From positions 124,001-188,000 of the forward strand of contig VRMN01000019.1 of assembly GCA_008690995.1 (NCBI GenBank): a DNA stretch of 64,000 bases, given 5' to 3'. Positions 47,786-59,400 of the stretch are shown here, in pieces. Every line of letters begins with the position of its first letter. Position 1 is the stretch's first letter. A model generated the notes under the pieces. That model was given only the letters and a program-made list of their open reading frames with translations, did not search any database and was not told where the DNA came from. A program made the translations under genes and the position numbers. This DNA is from Porphyridium purpureum (lineage: Eukaryota).

Positions 47786-47993
47786 CGCTGTACTCCGCTG
47801 TACTTCGCTGTACTCCGCTGTACTCCGCTGTACTCCGCTGTACTCCGCTGTACTCCGCTGTACTCCGCTGTACTCCGCTGTACTTCGCTGTACTTCGCTG
47901 TACTCCGCTGTACTCCGCTGTACTCCGCTGTACTCTGCTGTACTCTGCTGTACTCTGCTGTACTCTGCTGTACTCTGCTGTACTCCGCTGTAC
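47786..47993. repeat. 10-bp minisatellite (CGCTGTACTC), about 21 units
   Basis: Read directly; variant units TACTTCGCTG and TACTCTGCTG occur in blocks. Confidence 0.95.
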
Positions 47994-47995
47994 AT

Positions 47996-48040
47996 TTTCG
48001 CGCCAGCGGAAGGTACAGTGCTCCAGGTTTTGGCGCGAAA
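47996..48040. promoter_or_regulatory. E2F-binding sites upstream of DNA polymerase alpha
   Basis: TTTCGCGC at 47996-48003 and the overlapping double site TTTGGCGCGAAA at 48029-48040, both matching TTTSSCGC. Confidence 0.7.
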
Positions 48041-48473
48041 CGCGGGGCGGCAGAGGGTTAAAAATAAAGGTTAAAAAATAATAGCTAGTATAATGGGGGC
48101 ATTTTAGTATGAAGTGCGGGTGGGAGCGATGTTAAAAAACGGGAGGGGTTGCGCGCTGCGGCAGAGACGCGGTGGCGCGTTGCAGCAGAGCGGGAGAGAG
48201 AAAGAGAGGGAGGGAGAGAGGGAATGGGATGGTGGTGCGGGAAGTGGGTGTGGCGTGGTGGCTTGACTCGAGCCCGCGCAGTTCAGGTCGCAAGTGTGGC
48301 GTTGCCTCGGCTTTCGGCTTTCGGTGTTGATGTGGATTTCGTGTGCGGGCTGTGACTGACAAAGGGGGCGAGTGGACGGAGAACGGTCAGGAGGAATTGC
48401 TTGCGCGAGTCTGCTGCCGGTACGTTTTATCGGCTGGTGGTCATAGGTGGCGTGGTTGTTGTGCGCGACCGCC

Positions 48474-51400
48474 ATGCGGGCGTCAAGGGCCATGGCGCGC
48501 AGTAGCGCGTTCGAGGAGATGGCGAGGCTCAAAGCGGCCGGCAAGAAGCGCCGCGAAGATTACGACATCGTGGAGGAGGCCAACGTGTACGAGGAGGTGG
48601 ACGAGGAGACGTACCGCGCGATCGACGCCGAGCGCCGGCGCGAGGCGCGCGAGTTTGTCGAGCTCGAGGATGACGAGGACGGCTCGGAGTTTGAGGAGTT
48701 CCTCGAGGCAGAGTTCGAGTATGAGGACGAGGAGTCGCGATTTCGCTCCAAGTCAGAGATCTCCAAGCGCAAGCGCGAGGAGCGCCGGCGACAGCGAATG
48801 ATGGAGGGCGGAGGGACTGGGATCGGCACGAAACCGATCCAGACCGCGCCAATGCGACGCGTGAACGCCGCCTTCTTTGGCGGCGCAAACGGTGCGGGGG
48901 CCGACCCCATGGCAGATGACGACGACCGCGATCCAGACTTGGCGCGCAAGCTCGCGAGCGCGCCGAAAGTCCTGGACAGTCTGCTCGAGACTGAGAACCT
49001 GGACGCCGAAATCGAGGTTGAGAAACACCGCCGCCGCGTCAAGTTTGCGCACAGGGAGTGGGAAACATACGGCGAGCTGCACGACGACGAAGAAGCTCAC
49101 TTTGATTTTAAGCGACGCGGCGAGAACGGTCTAAGGTCTGGCCGCAACGAGCTGGACTATGCAGAGTCACTTGCGCCGCCGCCGCCACGCTCGCGCAAGC
49201 ACGCGCAGTTCCAAGACGCAGCGATGCGCATTGCCGCTGAGCGTGAGTCGATTTTCGATCTCGAGACATATTCCACACCGCCGCCGAGCGCTGCGGCCGC
49301 AACGACGCGCGAGCAGCACGCCGAGATGGAAATCAGGGCTCGTGATGATGATGACCCCCTCATCCACACGGCAGGTGCGACCCCGCATGCACCACAGCGC
49401 CCAGGAACCGTGTCTGGCGGCTCTGTCACGGGCTCAGTGCCCGCCGCCACCACAAATGCCAAGGTGAATGCAAGGCCGGCAGCGCCCAGTCTTGCCGGCG
49501 TGTCGCCCGTGGCCGCATCTTTCTTCACAGGGGCAAGCGTGCCGCTCAGCAGCGCATCACTGCAGAAGAACGGTGCGAACGCTGCTGAGCCATCCGCTGC
49601 AAAGACACCTTCTGGTCCTCCGGAGGACGTGCTTGCCTGCTTAAAACATCTGGGCGGCGCGGGAGGCTCGAGCTCTATGCCTGCTCCATTTCCAGCAGGA
49701 AACATTAACGGCAAGGCAACGCGAGTCCAAACGGCGACACCAAAAATCGAGAGCGCGGCTGCTCATGAGCCCGAATGGGAACAGTTGGCGCGTACGCGCA
49801 AAGGCGAGCTGCTGCTGTACTGGTACGATGCGCACGAGGAGCGTTCGTCGTCGAGTGGCACCGAGGACACGTTTTTGTTTTGCAAGGCCGTGCTGGGCAC
49901 ACTGCACAAGCCGCGCGGGTACGTCAACGTGACCCTTCACGTGCAAGGTCTTGACCGCGTGGTCTACTTTTTGCCTCGATTCGTCGATGAGCAAGGCAAG
50001 GGCGAGAGCAAGGGAGTCTCTTCAGAAGGTGAGCGCGAGCGCGTGCCATGCGTGCCAAACGTATTTCAAGAAGTGAGTCATATTTTGCAGACCGAGTGCA
50101 ATGCTCCGCGTTTCATGGCCAAGGCGGTATCGCGGCGCATGCCATTTGGTGACCACGACGCGCCAGCTGGCGAAGCAGAGTATTTAAAAGTCAAGTACCC
50201 GTATGCGCATGCCTCGTTGCCAGTAACTAAGCAAGGCAAGACGTTTGCACGTGTGTTTGGCACACGCACCACGTCTTTGGAACGTTTGCTGGTCAAGCGC
50301 GGATTGATGGGACCAGGCTGGATTCGAGTGGCTGACGCCGCGCTCACCACGCGTCTTGCAACCACGCGATTTGTGGTCGTAGCGCCAGAACCCAAGTGCA
50401 TCAACGAGGTGCGCGGGAATGATGCGGTCGACCCGCCGCCCGTCACGGTGCTTTCCATCGGTATGAAGACTGAACTGGGTCACACCAAGGCCAGTGCCAA
50501 CCAGCCCGAAATTGTGATGCTCAGCGGAATCATGATGCACAATGTGTCGATGCAGAATGCGATGAGCGTGTCTGCGGTTGACACCCAGGCCGCGCAAAAG
50601 CCGGCTTTTGTGGCGCTTCGACAGCTTTCTAACACAATGCCGCTTCCCATGAGCATCAAGGAGCAGGCTCAAAGTGGCGCGTCAAACTTGCACGTGATGC
50701 CCAATGAGCAAGCGCTGCTCAACTTTTTCCTGGCATCCGTCATGCGGCTTGACCCGGACGTCATTGTCGGGCACGACATGCTCGGCTCGACGCTCGAGAC
50801 GCTGCTCGCTCGATTGGCGTGGCACAAGATTCGCGACTGGTCGCGGCTCGGTCGTCTGCGGCAGAAAAAGGATGTTGCGATGCTAGCCAAGTCCAGGACG
50901 GGCTACCTTGCGTTTGCCGGTCGGCTGGTCGTGGACACGCTGGTCTGCAGCAAAGAACTGTGTCCGCGCGAAAAGGACTACATGCTGCCGTCGCTCGCCG
51001 ACTCGATATTGAAGCGCAAGGTGCACCCCCGGACGGAGCCGTTGATGACAGCCGCCGCGTACGAGAATGAACGCACATTGAGCCTTCTGATCGCTGAATG
51101 TATACAGGACGCCGCACTCGCTATGTGTTTGGTCGCAGAGTTGTCTGTCATTCCGCTGACGCGTCAGCTTACGAACCTGTCTGGCAACATTTGGTCTCGG
51201 ACCATGCGCGCCGGTGCGCGCGCCGAGCGCATTGAATTTCTGCTTTGCCATGAATTCAACCGCTCGAGGCCCAAGCTCGTGCTGCCAGACAAGCTGTACA
51301 AGTCGGATAAGAAACTTTTCGAGGATACGGGCATCAATCAAAAGCCGAAGCGACTTAATACGACGGACGAGCTACCGGCCGAACTGGAGCAGCCGGCAGG

Positions 51401-53393
51401 GGTTGGCGTGGCCTTGTCGATGAGCAAGCGACGCAAGCCGCAATACTCTGGCGGTCTGGTGCTGGAGCCCAAGCGCGGGCTGTACGATCGATACGTGCTG
51501 CAGCTCGATTTCAACTCCTTGTACCCTTCAATCATCCAGGAGTACAACATCTGCTTTACGACGCTCAATTTGCAGAGGATGTACGAGGCGGAGGGCGAGG
51601 GTGATTATGACACCATGATGCTGGAGCGCGGCGGAGTGACCAGCACGACCGAGTTGGGTATTCTTCCGCGCGTACTGACGCGCCTGGTTGAGCAGCGCCG
51701 ACAGGTGAAAAAGGTGCTGAAAGAAGAGCGCGACCTGGTGCGCTACAAGCAGCTCGATATCAGGCAGCTCGCCATCAAACTCACGGCCAACTCGTTGTAC
51801 GGGTGCCTTGGCTTCGAAGGTTCGCGCTTCTACGCCAGGCCCCTCGCCGAGCTGATCACGCTGCAAGGCCGCTCCACCCTGCAAAAGACTGTCGACCTTG
51901 CGCAGAATACGTTCAGTCTCGAGGTGATCTACGGCGACACTGACTCGCTGTTCATCTACACGGGACTGAATGATATAAAGCAAGTGCAGCGGCTCGGCAT
52001 GGAGCTCAAAGTGGAGGTGAACAAGAAGTACCGCGCGCTAGAGATTGAGATTGACGCAGTGTACGCAAAGATGCTGCTGCTGCGCAAGAAAAAATATGCT
52101 GCGCTGAAAGTGCCCTCGCTTGCAGATCCGGGCACGACGGTGCGCGAGGTCAAGGGTCTCGATATGGTGCGCCACGACTGGAGCGGCATCTCGTTCGCAG
52201 TGTCTGATTTCACGCTTTCTCAACTGCTGTCCATGGAAGTCGGCACCGAGGAAGCCGTGAGCAACGTGCTCATCTTCCTCGAGCAGACCGCCGAGAACTT
52301 GCGTGCAAACCGGGTACCGCTGCAGCAGTATGTCATCACCAAGTCGCTCACCAAGAACCCTGAGGAGTACCCGGATGGACTGAATCTGCCGCACGTGCAA
52401 GTCGCTCTGCGACGAAAGAAGAATGGGCTCAATGCGCGACCTGGCGACTTTATCCAGTACGTGATATGCCGGCCCATGGCAGCTGAGTTGGGTCCGAGCA
52501 ACGCCTCGACCAGGAACGAGCAGCCTTTCAAAGATTCCATTGCTCTGCGAGCCTATCATCCTGATGAGGTGAACGCCGCGGGTGGCGCCCTCGAGATCGA
52601 CACCGAATACTACGTTACGCATCAGATTCTGCCGCCCATTGGGCGCCTCTTTGAGCCGATCGAGGGCATTGACACAGCCCGCATTGCCTCTGCGCTGGGC
52701 CTTGACCCCATGCGGTATGCAGGCAAAGGCGGCAGCGGTGGGAGCGGAGCTGGTGGTGGCGACATGGACGATGCGCTTGATGTGGATACGGCGGATGTGG
52801 ACGCGACCACAAGGTTCCAGAACTGCGAGCCGATTTGTGTTCAGTGTGTTGCTTGCGCGCACGCCAATGAGCTCAACGCGGCCAGCGAGCTGCGCTGCAA
52901 GCAGTGCATGCGCGAGTTCCCCGAGGCATACTTGAAAAACGTGATCCATTTGCATGTGCGCAAATGGACCGCGGCGTACTATTGTGCGCCGAACGTAGTG
53001 GAGAGCGAGAGTGGCAACTCGCAGACTCGCTCGCACGACATTGAGCTCAAGACAGACGGCGAAAGCGCGGAGCGTGCGAACGGCCGCGGAGAGCGATGGC
53101 TGTACTCACAGCTGCGGTACGTATCCTCCATCATTGACTCGGCCATCAGGCAGCTTGAGCGCGACGCCGACAACGCCGCAGCCGCCGAGCAGAACGGCAG
53201 TGGCGAACGAGTCAGCCTCAGCGTCATGCAGAAACGCGCGGCGAGAACTCTCGCACTGCAGGGCGTCCGCGAAGCCGTGCAAAGGTACCTGGCCATGAAC
53301 GCGTACCACTTTCTCGACATTGGCGCCGTGTTCGACAGCATGGGCCTTGCGTCGATGCTCCGCATCCAGCCGCCCGCGCAACAAACGCCGTGA
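48474..53393 (+). CDS. POLA1: DNA polymerase alpha catalytic subunit
   Basis: N-terminal YDIVEEANVYEEVDEETY; GARAERIEFLLCHEF, YSGGLVLEPK, LDFNSLYPSII, KLTANSLYGCLG, YGDTDS; C-terminal CxxC pair. Start is ATG 48474 or 48492. Confidence 0.97.
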   Translation: MRASRAMARSSAFEEMARLKAAGKKRREDYDIVEEANVYEEVDEETYRAIDAERRREAREFVELEDDEDGSEFEEFLEAEFEYEDEESRFRSKSEISKRKREERRRQRMMEGGGTGIGTKPIQTAPMRRVNAAFFGGANGAGADPMADDDDRDPDLARKLASAPKVLDSLLETENLDAEIEVEKHRRRVKFAHREWETYGELHDDEEAHFDFKRRGENGLRSGRNELDYAESLAPPPPRSRKHAQFQDAAMRIAAERESIFDLETYSTPPPSAAAATTREQHAEMEIRARDDDDPLIHTAGATPHAPQRPGTVSGGSVTGSVPAATTNAKVNARPAAPSLAGVSPVAASFFTGASVPLSSASLQKNGANAAEPSAAKTPSGPPEDVLACLKHLGGAGGSSSMPAPFPAGNINGKATRVQTATPKIESAAAHEPEWEQLARTRKGELLLYWYDAHEERSSSSGTEDTFLFCKAVLGTLHKPRGYVNVTLHVQGLDRVVYFLPRFVDEQGKGESKGVSSEGERERVPCVPNVFQEVSHILQTECNAPRFMAKAVSRRMPFGDHDAPAGEAEYLKVKYPYAHASLPVTKQGKTFARVFGTRTTSLERLLVKRGLMGPGWIRVADAALTTRLATTRFVVVAPEPKCINEVRGNDAVDPPPVTVLSIGMKTELGHTKASANQPEIVMLSGIMMHNVSMQNAMSVSAVDTQAAQKPAFVALRQLSNTMPLPMSIKEQAQSGASNLHVMPNEQALLNFFLASVMRLDPDVIVGHDMLGSTLETLLARLAWHKIRDWSRLGRLRQKKDVAMLAKSRTGYLAFAGRLVVDTLVCSKELCPREKDYMLPSLADSILKRKVHPRTEPLMTAAAYENERTLSLLIAECIQDAALAMCLVAELSVIPLTRQLTNLSGNIWSRTMRAGARAERIEFLLCHEFNRSRPKLVLPDKLYKSDKKLFEDTGINQKPKRLNTTDELPAELEQPAGVGVALSMSKRRKPQYSGGLVLEPKRGLYDRYVLQLDFNSLYPSIIQEYNICFTTLNLQRMYEAEGEGDYDTMMLERGGVTSTTELGILPRVLTRLVEQRRQVKKVLKEERDLVRYKQLDIRQLAIKLTANSLYGCLGFEGSRFYARPLAELITLQGRSTLQKTVDLAQNTFSLEVIYGDTDSLFIYTGLNDIKQVQRLGMELKVEVNKKYRALEIEIDAVYAKMLLLRKKKYAALKVPSLADPGTTVREVKGLDMVRHDWSGISFAVSDFTLSQLLSMEVGTEEAVSNVLIFLEQTAENLRANRVPLQQYVITKSLTKNPEEYPDGLNLPHVQVALRRKKNGLNARPGDFIQYVICRPMAAELGPSNASTRNEQPFKDSIALRAYHPDEVNAAGGALEIDTEYYVTHQILPPIGRLFEPIEGIDTARIASALGLDPMRYAGKGGSGGSGAGGGDMDDALDVDTADVDATTRFQNCEPICVQCVACAHANELNAASELRCKQCMREFPEAYLKNVIHLHVRKWTAAYYCAPNVVESESGNSQTRSHDIELKTDGESAERANGRGERWLYSQLRYVSSIIDSAIRQLERDADNAAAAEQNGSGERVSLSVMQKRAARTLALQGVREAVQRYLAMNAYHFLDIGAVFDSMGLASMLRIQPPAQQTP

Positions 53394-53594
53394 AACCATT
53401 AAACCGTTTTGATATTTCTCTATGAAATCTGCGTTTCCTGATAGTGTACAGTGAAATTGGTGGATGAACCGAACTGGAGAAGTGGCGTGAACGCGCGCGC
53501 GGGGGCGTCGAGCAGCCGACGACGACGACAACAAAGTTTGGCGGCGGCGACGGCGACGGCGGCTGTGGTGGCGTGAGAGGGCTTGCGGCATGCG

Positions 53595-54701
53595 ATGTAC
53601 GCTCGACATGCGCTGGCATCGCGGCATCAAGGACGCAGCGATGTGTTTGGGTTGCGCTGGTTTCGGCAGAAGCGCGCGGTGTTTCGTCAGATGTGCAGCG
53701 CTGAGGGTGGCGATGGAGACGCAGAGCCGGTAGAGGGTGAGATGGACGAGAGCGCGCTATTGATGCAGGACAGGCCGAGTAGATCGTCGCGGCATGTGGG
53801 GCAGAATGTGAGCGAGGGTGTGCTCACGGGTACGATGAAGTGGGTACGGGAATGGATTGTGGCGCGAAATGTGTGCCCGTTTGCCAAGGAGAGTGATTAT
53901 CGCGTCATTGTGTCGGATCGCACGGATATGGGCACTCGCACTAAGATGGAGCTGATGAAGCTGGCAAGAGGCTTGATGGAGCCAAACATGTCATCGCCGT
54001 CGCCCCACCCGCCGAACCTGCTCGTCGTGTATCCGTATGTGCCCATGTTCATCAACCAGTATCGGTTTTACGAATTTTACCTGCTTCAATCGGACATTTG
54101 CGCGGTGCACATAGAGACGTGGCCGTGGATGTATGATTCGGAGAGTCGCCGAAAGAAGCTGCAGATTTTCTGGTTCCACCCTGAACCGTACTATTCCCCG
54201 GCGAAGCAAGGATATCAGGTCATGCACAGCATGGCGCCATTTCCGACACTGCATCTCATGCGGCGTGTTGATTTGGACCACGCGCGAGGCCTGGACGGTC
54301 TGACTGCGGAGGAAAAAGAAAAGGAAAAGAAGAACTCAATCAGCAGTAATATCATCGATCATAATCACTGGAAGATTGAGGACAGTGAGGAGAACCGCGA
54401 CGCGTTTGTCAAGCTATTCAAGAAGTGCCAGCGGATGGGCGGCGGCTGGCCAGCACCTGGCATGCATTGGAGTGAGCCCAGACCCAACGCAGGAGACAAG
54501 TTGGTGGAGCAGATGCTTGAGCGCATCATTCATGACCCGGATCCGGACACGGAAGACGAGGAGCGTCAGAAGGAGGAACAGCTCCTGCTGCTAAAGAACA
54601 AGAAGAAGAGAGGCATGAGGAACAAGCAAAAGTTGATGAAAAAGTCGTATCGTGATATCAGGAACCCGTGGCTTGATGAACATCCGTGGTTCACGGAATG
54701 A
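53595..54701 (+). CDS. DUF1415-like protein with N-terminal extension
   Basis: TMKWVREWIVARNVCPFA, FHPE and APFPTLHLMR match the DUF1415 pattern. Confidence 0.7.
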   Translation: MYARHALASRHQGRSDVFGLRWFRQKRAVFRQMCSAEGGDGDAEPVEGEMDESALLMQDRPSRSSRHVGQNVSEGVLTGTMKWVREWIVARNVCPFAKESDYRVIVSDRTDMGTRTKMELMKLARGLMEPNMSSPSPHPPNLLVVYPYVPMFINQYRFYEFYLLQSDICAVHIETWPWMYDSESRRKKLQIFWFHPEPYYSPAKQGYQVMHSMAPFPTLHLMRRVDLDHARGLDGLTAEEKEKEKKNSISSNIIDHNHWKIEDSEENRDAFVKLFKKCQRMGGGWPAPGMHWSEPRPNAGDKLVEQMLERIIHDPDPDTEDEERQKEEQLLLLKNKKKRGMRNKQKLMKKSYRDIRNPWLDEHPWFTE

Positions 54702-56496
54702 AATGGCATTAATGAGGCACGACAGGATATGCGTGCGTGTGCACTGAAACCGTGCAGGCAGAGAAGTATTGTGCGGGCATGATAAACAGGCGCATGGCCG
54801 TCGCGCGACGACCACTGCATGCATGAGACGATATGGTGTGAAAAGAGGATCTTTGTGTCGCTGCACTTGTTGTGAATATCAAAACCTTTTGCGAGTGGAC
54901 AGTATGTGAATCGATTCTGCGTATATTCCGTGGTCTCATGTCATCGATCTGCCAGCGCAGTGGCAAACGCCGGCATGAGACTGCTCACTCTGGTGAGCTG
55001 AGCGCGGACGTGGACAGAGTGTGGCGGCGTTTCTGCATGAACCGACATTTCGTCTCTGTTGTCTTCTCACCCAGTACACTCGGCACACGTGCCAGCAAGC
55101 TGTTCCCTTCCACATGTACCATACCGTAGGCGAGAACATAGTTTTTATATATACATTTTGTACCATTCTATCTCCAGAGCCATGCTCCACCATACTCACA
55201 CTCACTCGGCCAAGAGCGCACCCCGTGGCTCTCGTTCTGTCCACATTCGAACTTGCTTCCCGCCTTCCGAAGCACAGACCCACTCCACAAACGCCCCTAA
55301 TAGCGCGGTCCCAAACCTGCCGCCAACTTGAAACTCTCCAAAAAAACACTTTGGACCCACCGACTTTCAGCGCGCCAGATCTTCACGCTTTCGGGCGTTC
55401 AGAGCGCCATCTTTTCCGAGCAGCTCGCATTCGCTGACTGGACCATGCGCGGCGCGCCCCCCACGCACGCGCGGCTGCATCGCCGCAGCGTTTGTGCAGC
55501 AGCCCTCTGCACGCCAGCTGCAGCCGAAAGCCGCCAGCCGCTCCCCCGCTGTACCGCACTGAACACTACTAAGTCCAGCTGTACAATATTTGAAGGTACA
55601 GTCCGCTTCGTCACTTTTCGACCGATTCGATTCGACCGGATTCGGTGCGGGGCGCGCACGAGTGGCGCAAAGAGGCCAAAGCCGGCAGTGAGCACGGCGA
55701 ATGATTCTGTTCGCCGAACCCAATCTAAACACATTCGCACATTCTGTCATCCTGTCTTTTGACCCTCTGTCATTGGTTGGCATGTGGACGAAAGACAAGT
55801 CGGCCTGCTCAACGCAATAGGCAAAGGCCACACTCAATAACTCTGGCACGCTACCGCACAACGAACTCTTCTTCGTACCAGCCCAGTTCCAGACCACACA
55901 CCAGGTCACACTCTAGACCGCGACCCAGACCCGAAACAAACAAACACACACACACAAACAAGCACAAACCGGCACGCACACTCAACACATCTTTACCGCG
56001 CACCACACCCACACCGATTCTACATGCGCCACAGCCGAGCTGTGCCGCGCCATGCCGTGCCTCCAGCGCGCCACAGCAGTGCCGCAGCCATCAAACTCCC
56101 TGCCCGGCTTCAGCCAGCCGCTCCATTCACACCAACCCTCCCGTCCCGCTTCCACGCCACCTCGCGCGCCTCCACCCCCCAACGACAAAACGGCTTTCAT
56201 ATGTAAAATGCACTGTTTTGTGATTTTCTGTCGCTTCGTGACGAATTGAAACGCGTTGAGGTACAGTGGAGTACAGCGGATTTATTGGGCAAAAGCGCGC
56301 GAGCGTGTGGCAGAGAGAGAGAGAGAGAGAGAGAGGAGGAGGAGAGAGGAGAGAGACGGCGTTGTTGTGAGGACGTCGACGGCGCGCTGCGAGGTGCGCG
56401 CGTGGCTGGCCGTCGTGGTGAGTGGGTTACACGGGTTGCGGATTGGCAAGTGTGCGTGGAGGAGGAGGGCGGAGAACAGGGATGTGAGTGAGATAG

Positions 56497-59400
56497 ATGA
56501 GAATGGACGGCATGTTTGTGGGGAGTGGAGGAGCTGTAGGTGTGCGGGTGCGATGGAGGAAGGTGCTGGTGTGTGAGCTGCAGACGCAGCGTGCGTGCGG
56601 TGGTGAGGACGTCGCGGCAGTGGATTCCGCGTGTGGTAGCGAGGCGGCGCACAGGATGCGCGCGGGTCAGACGGTCAGGCGGTCGGCAGTGCCAGCGTCT
56701 GCCGCGCTGGAAGCGCTTCTGGCTGGCAGTGCGCAGATCGAGGAAAAAAGCAGACCCGACGCAATCCAGTGCACGCGCGTCGTCATGCAGCGCGCACTCA
56801 GCGCGCGCCGTCCAGACGTCGCGCTCCGCGCGTTCCAGACGTTTGTGAAAGGCCACTTGCTCCGCAGCGACTCGGCCAGTGACCAGCACCTTGTGGCCCT
56901 CGCCATGGTCTCTGCGCTCCAGATCAAAAGCCCCAAACGAGCCATGATCATCTACCGCGCGGCGCGCGGCGCGGCGCTGGCAATGAAGCGACAGACGTTG
57001 GACCAGCTGGTGGCAGGGTTGGCCAGTAACCGGTGGGTGCAACAAGCCATGCAGGTTCACGAGGAAAACGGGCGCTTTCCTCTGTCGCACCACGCTGCCG
57101 CAGCGTGCATCGACGCGCTGGGCGCGCTGCCTTCACCGGACGGACTTGATCACGCGATTGCTGTATTCGACAGCTCGCAAGCGCTTTACAACGAGTCTGA
57201 GAGGCAGACAGTGGTCGCGGCGTTGATCCGCGCGTGCTTCGCGGCGGGACTTGATGTGGGCAGTGTGTCCAGCCTCTTGAAAGAGCGCGACTGTCAGTGG
57301 CACGAGCACGCGAGCACGGCGTTTGAAATGTTTCGGCAGACCGTGCAGCTTGCATGTGTGCGGCTCACCGCGTCGTCCACCAGCGAAGCCGCCGCGCTCC
57401 ACCAGCCTGAATTCCTCTTTGCCGGCGCACGCAAGGTCCTCTTGAAGGCCCAGGAAGCCGCGGTAAGCAAGGCTACAGGAACGGACTATTTAAATACGGC
57501 CATGCGCGTGTTTGTTGAGCTCGAGGATCCCGTGGGCGCAGCTCAATTTCTGCGCCAATGCGAAGCGTTCCGGGCATGGCCCGAGCTCGCCCGCGTGGTT
57601 GCGCTCATGGCAGAGGAACATTCGAGCCTCTCGGATGCCGAATCAGGCGACGAGTCGGAAGGGTTCAACGCTCAGCTCACGTCCAACGTGCCTAGCGATC
57701 GGTCTGGTGACCAGTCCCTGCCGGACGAAGCGCTAGCACTGGAAGCTGACACAAAGACCGTCTCGTTGCTGACGGAAGCCGCGGTGCGCAGTGATTGCTT
57801 TGTGCTCGAAATGGCGTCGATTGTGCACGGCGTGGAGGAGATGCTAGGCAACGAGCGTGACGCCGAGTTGCTGTTGGCCCAGTCGCTGCTGTCGTTTCGA
57901 ATCGCCGATCCTCGCCACCCACCGCTCATGTGGATTCGCAAGCTGAACGCGGCGCTTGTGCGTCATCACGCCGCTTGCACAGCGTCCACGGACAGCCACG
58001 ATATGTTTGTGGTGCGCATCCTTGACACGCTTGCCCACTGCACGTTCTCGGGTAGCTTTTCGGACGACTCGGAGATGCACGCAGAGCGGCGGAGGTTTCG
58101 ATCGCGCGTGGTGCAGATGGCGCAGCAGTGCTTTGACGAGATGTGCGGCAATAATGGCGACAACAACAACGGCGTCCACGGGGGAAGTGGCGTGGCGCTT
58201 AAGCCGACGCGCGCGGCATACCATGCCCTCTTTCGGGTTTTCGAGAGCGGCACAGCGGCGCACCCCAAGGCCGCATCGGCGTTGCTGGATAATATGCATC
58301 TGGACGCAGTCCACCGGCCCGAAGTGGCTCCGTGCGCAGAAACGTACGCGATGGTGGTTCGCGCGTGCACTGCCGTGGACTTGGATATGCGTCGCGCCAT
58401 GTTCTTTTTCGACGACCTCGTAAGTCGCGGGATATCGCCCAATGCTGGCGTGTATGCCGCGCTTATCCGCGGCTTTGGGCAGAAGCTCCAATTGGAGGAA
58501 GCCCTCCAAGTATGGCGAATGGCGCGCAGCTCGGTTTCGTCGAGCGCGTCTGTCTCACATCATCAGCAACAGCAGTCTTCGTTGCTGCCTGCTCCCGTCG
58601 TGTGCGAGGCAATGGTCGAATGCTGCATGCAGCATCCCCGCGGGATTCCGCACGCGATTGCCCTGCTCGAAGAAATGCATTCGGCCGGCATGAAGTCGTC
58701 CCTGCCCGTGTTTGCGTGCTACGACGAGATGATCAGCAGCTGTCGCTCGGCGCAGGATATGCGCGAACTGTTGTCGGGGTTTTCGGAGCATTTCGGCAAC
58801 GCAGCCGCGCTCGCTTCAGGAGACCACGGCGACAGTGAAGCAACTGATGAGGAAGACATTGTGCTCGAGGACAGTCCCGAGTGGATGGCCCACGAGAGTC
58901 CAACCAGCCGCGACACAATTTCAGACCTGACGCTAGGCGCGATTCTGGCGTCCATGTCGTCATCCTCTGACTCGGACACCAAGCGCGCGCAAAAGTGGGC
59001 GCTCCAGCGCGTGCTCAACGCCATGAAGGTGTCCGGTAAGAAGCCGAACCAGCTTGTGATGGATTACTTTGCCCTGGACGGCCGCGCGCCGCTTCCGAAA
59101 ATGTCGAAGAAAAAAATGCGCTTTCTGCGCGACGTGCGTAGCCAAGGTCGCGGAAAGGACAGTTTGAGCGAGGCAAGTTTGACGCAAGCCAATAACGCCA
59201 GTTCAACACGGAAACAAGTGCTTGTCAAACTAAGGCAGGCAGCGCTTCGCGAGTTTTCACTGCTGAATGAGTGGCGCACTGGCAAACAGCCCAACACGTC
59301 CACACAAGAACAGTCCGAGAGCGGCGCCAGACAACAAACCAAGACCATCTCGAGCTACGCTGTGTCACGGAGCGGAGCGAGTGGTGCTAAGCACCAGCGT

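Noticed and set aside
47747..47995. Repetitive ORF (STAEYSGVQR)n
   Set aside because: This is simply the translation of the 10-bp minisatellite.
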